Positions 6,767 to 9,191 of a DNA stretch of 9,191 nt are shown piece by piece. Below the pieces are notes generated by a model. That model made no database searches. It was not told where the DNA came from and saw nothing but the letters and a program-made list of their open reading frames with translations. This DNA is from Octopus sinensis (lineage: Eukaryota), in NCBI RefSeq assembly GCF_006345805.1, contig NW_021828302.1, positions 1-9,191 of the forward strand, read 5' to 3'. Position 1 is the first letter of the stretch. Every line of letters begins with the position of its first letter. The position numbers and the translations under genes were made by a program.

Positions 6767-7425
6767 ATATAAAGGCTTATAAACATCTTTCACACTAAAA
6801 TTGAAATCTTCCACCAAAATTCCAAATTAATTTATATTCCAAACACTAGCTTTCATAATGACATTGTTATTTTGCTAAATTCAGAGGCGCAGGAGTGGCT
6901 GTGTGGTAAGTAGGTTGTTTACCAACCACATGGTTCCGGGTTCAGTCCCACTGCGTGGCACCTTGGGTAAGTGTCTTCTACTATAGCCTCAGGCCGACCA
7001 AAGCTTTGTGAGTGGATTTGGTAGATGGAAACTGAAAGAAGCCCGTTGTATATATGTATATATATATATGTGCGTGTGTATGTGTTTGTGTGTCTGTGTT
7101 TGTCCCCCTAGCATTGATTGACAACCGATGCTGGTGTGTATATATCCCCGTTACTTAGCGGTTCGGCAAAAGAGACCGATAAAATAAGTACCTGGCTTAC
7201 AAAAGAATAAGTCCTGGGGTCGATTTGCTCGACTAAAGGTGGTGCTCCAGCATGGCCGCAGCATGGCTCCAGCATGGCCGCAGTCAGATGACTGAAACAA
7301 GTAAAAGAGAGTAAAAATATAAACGCTTATAAACATCTTTCACACTAAAATTGAAATCTTCCAAATTAATTTATATTCCAAACACTAGCTTTAATAATGA
7401 CATTGTTATTTTGCTAAATTCAGAG
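6767..7425 (+). repeat. Long direct repeat flanking the SINE (6767-6886 and 7317-7425)
   Basis: 120 bp versus 109 bp; the copies differ by 2 substitutions (6774/7324, 6854/7393) and one 11-bp indel. Confidence 0.95.
6886..7316 (+). mobile_element. Full-length tRNA-derived SINE with a CORE-like segment and internal microsatellite
   Basis: A box TGGCTGTGTGG at 6896-6906 and B box GGTTCAGTCCC at 6939-6949. Acceptor-like pairing GCGCAG (6887-6892) with CTGCGT (6951-6956). CORE-like CACCTTGGGTAAGTGTCTT. (TA)/(TG) run at 7048-7102 and a GTAAAA-type A-rich tail. Confidence 0.9.
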
Positions 7426-7544
7426 ATGTACTTTGACAGGCAAGTGATTTGATCCAAGACTGTGTTGAAATGAAAACAATTACAGCATGGAATACACAAA
7501 TTAGCTATTCAAAAATACACAAAGACTGTTAACTGAAGTGATGT

Positions 7545-7773
7545 TTAACCCTTCGTTACTGTAATTATTTCGAGATGCTTTGTGTTTCTTTTAATTAATT
7601 TTAAATATAACAAAGAATTTAGTAAAATAATTTGGTTACCATTCAGTTAGTGTTAGGAACATAAATTGTGTCTAAGGTTTGGTGGAAGATTTTAATTCCA
7701 AACTTTTGAAAACAAGACATTTGTACTACAGAGCCAGAGCCGGTTTTGGCCGGGTTGGTAACAAAAGGGTTAA
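7545..7773. mobile_element. piggyBac-type MITE with TTAA target-site duplication
   Basis: TTAA-CCCTTCGTTAC at 7545-7559 and GTAACAAAAGGG-TTAA at 7758-7773; about 220 bp, non-coding. Related sequence occurs in opposite orientation at 6797-6882 and 7846-8123. Confidence 0.8.
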
Positions 7774-7845
7774 CAGATTTTTTGGGGGTCTTTATTTGTT
7801 TGTATTTTTGAAGGCTGATATGTGTCTTCCATTCTGTGATTGTTT

Positions 7846-8123
7846 CATCAAAGTCTTCGTTATGTTCGAAAATTAACTGAAACAAAGGCAGCGTATTTCA
7901 AGAGGAATATGGTAACAAAAAAGTTAATAGTGACAAAGTATTTTTACTAAATTCTTCATTATTTTTCCAAATTAACTGAAACAAAACCACTGTCTTTCAA
8001 CAGAAATATGGTAAACAAAAGGGTTAATAATAACGGTTATTTTACTAAATTCTTTGCTCATTTCAAAATTTATTGAAACAAAAGCGGCGTATTTTGACTG
8101 AAATATAGTTACAAAAGGATGAA
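7846..8123. repeat. Three tandem, diverged ~100-bp MITE terminal segments
   Basis: Units end in GGTAACAAAAAAGTTAA (7927), GGTAAACAAAAGGGTTAA (8027) and GTTACAAAAGGATGAA (8123). They share AAATT.A.TGAAACAAA and AATAT.G and are similar to the reverse complement of 7545-7640. Confidence 0.8.
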
Positions 8124-8262
8124 ATAAACATCACCCTGCACCCAGAAGCACAACTTAATGCATACAGTGGATTTGAACTTGGAATGCAGAGGAATGAGAC
8201 GAAACAGTGTTGGGGGATACTTCATCTAGCTGTCTACCATTTCTAAGGCATCACTGTCCTTA

Positions 8263-8771
8263 ACATCATTATCATCATCATCATCATCATCATCATCGTC
8301 TAACATCTGCTTTCCATGCTGGCATGGGTTGGACGGTTTGACTGAGGACTGGCGAGCCAGATGGCTGCACCAGGCTCCAATCTTGATCTGGCAGAGTCTC
8401 TACAGCTTGATGCCCTTCCTAATGCCAACCACTCCGAGAGTGTACTGGGTGCTTTTCATGTGCCACCAGCATGAAAGCCAGTCAGGCGGTACTGGCAACG
8501 GATACGCTCAAATGGTGTTTTCTATGTGCCACCTGCACAGGAGCCAGTCCAGCGGCACTGGCAACAACCTCGCTCGAATGTTTTTTCACATGCCACCAGC
8601 ACAAGTGCCAGTAAGGCGATGCAGGTAACGATCATGCTTGAATGGTGTTTTTTTACATGCCACCGGCACGGAGGCTAGCTTGCTCTGGCAACGATCATGC
8701 TCGTATGGTACTCTTAGCGCTTCACTAGCACAGATGCCAGTCATCAAATTTGATTTTGATTTTGATTTTGA
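8263..8771 (-). mobile_element. Non-autonomous retroelement (RTE-type tail) with ~65-bp internal tandem repeats
   Basis: The minus strand ends CATGCCAGCATGGAAAGCAGATGTTAGAC-(GAT)n and contains GTGGTTGGCATTAGGAAGGGCATC. TGCCACC recurs at 8461, 8527, 8591 and 8658. (TTTTGA)n at 8749-8771. The RTE assignment is from recalled similarity. Confidence 0.65.
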
Positions 8772-9191
8772 CGATTTCAAACAACAAACAGCCAAAGATG
8801 GCTCTTCTGTTTGAAACCCAATACATGCAATACTGTGTTAAGGCATTGGCATACCGAACAGCTGACCAGGGGTCACAAGAGCCCAGGAGATGCAATTCTG
8901 CTCTATGAATGTTGTGGCTTGCTAAATACATACTATTAAGGCCCAGTGTTTTGATCTTTCTAGGGACCTATAGGAATGATGTTAGGATAGCCCTGAATAC
9001 ATGAATATATATAATCATCGTCATTATCCTCCTCCTCATCATCATCATCATCTTCAACATTGTATATCAGTGCTTTTCAAAGAAACATTCCACTGGCTCG
9101 AGGAACCCCTGTGCAATAATTTAATAGTCTTATGCACACATATCTGCAAGGAGAATTAAAAATTACCGCCGATTTTAGCAGTTTTGTAACT

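Noticed and set aside
6886-6958. Functional tRNA gene
   Set aside because: The D and anticodon arms are degenerate, there is no poly-T terminator after the acceptor stem, and it continues into a SINE body.
8448-8742. CRISPR-like array
   Set aside because: Whole units are homologous (no unique spacers), the context is eukaryotic, and no cas genes are present.
8798-8908. Short ORF MALLFETQYMQYCVKALAYRTADQGSQEPRRCNSAL
   Set aside because: Only 36 codons, with no recognisable motif or convincing splice signals.
9068-9112. hAT-like MITE terminus (CAGTGCTTTTCAAA...GGAACCCCT)
   Set aside because: No partner TIR or TSD inside the window; too short to support.

Overview
AT-rich eukaryotic non-coding DNA, dominated by microsatellites and transposon fragments. 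The repeat families resemble those I recall from octopus/cephalopod genomes; this is an inference, not a database result. Almost all listed ORFs are translations of simple repeats. The only protein-like signals are the C-terminus of an R4/Dong-clade non-LTR retrotransposon ORF (1452-1612, minus) and a possible short exon island (461-619). Recognisable elements include several tRNA-derived SINEs or SINE fragments, two copies of an unclassified retroposon-like 3' end, a TTAA-flanked piggyBac-type MITE with a stack of MITE ends, and an RTE-tailed element with 65-bp internal repeats. The most interesting region is 5798-6786. It holds a minimal type I hammerhead ribozyme motif (6133-6177, minus) beside a 130-bp inverted repeat whose homology boundary falls exactly at the predicted cleavage site, which points to a Penelope-like retroelement remnant. 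A SINE at 6886-7316 is flanked by an unusually long (about 120 bp) direct repeat.
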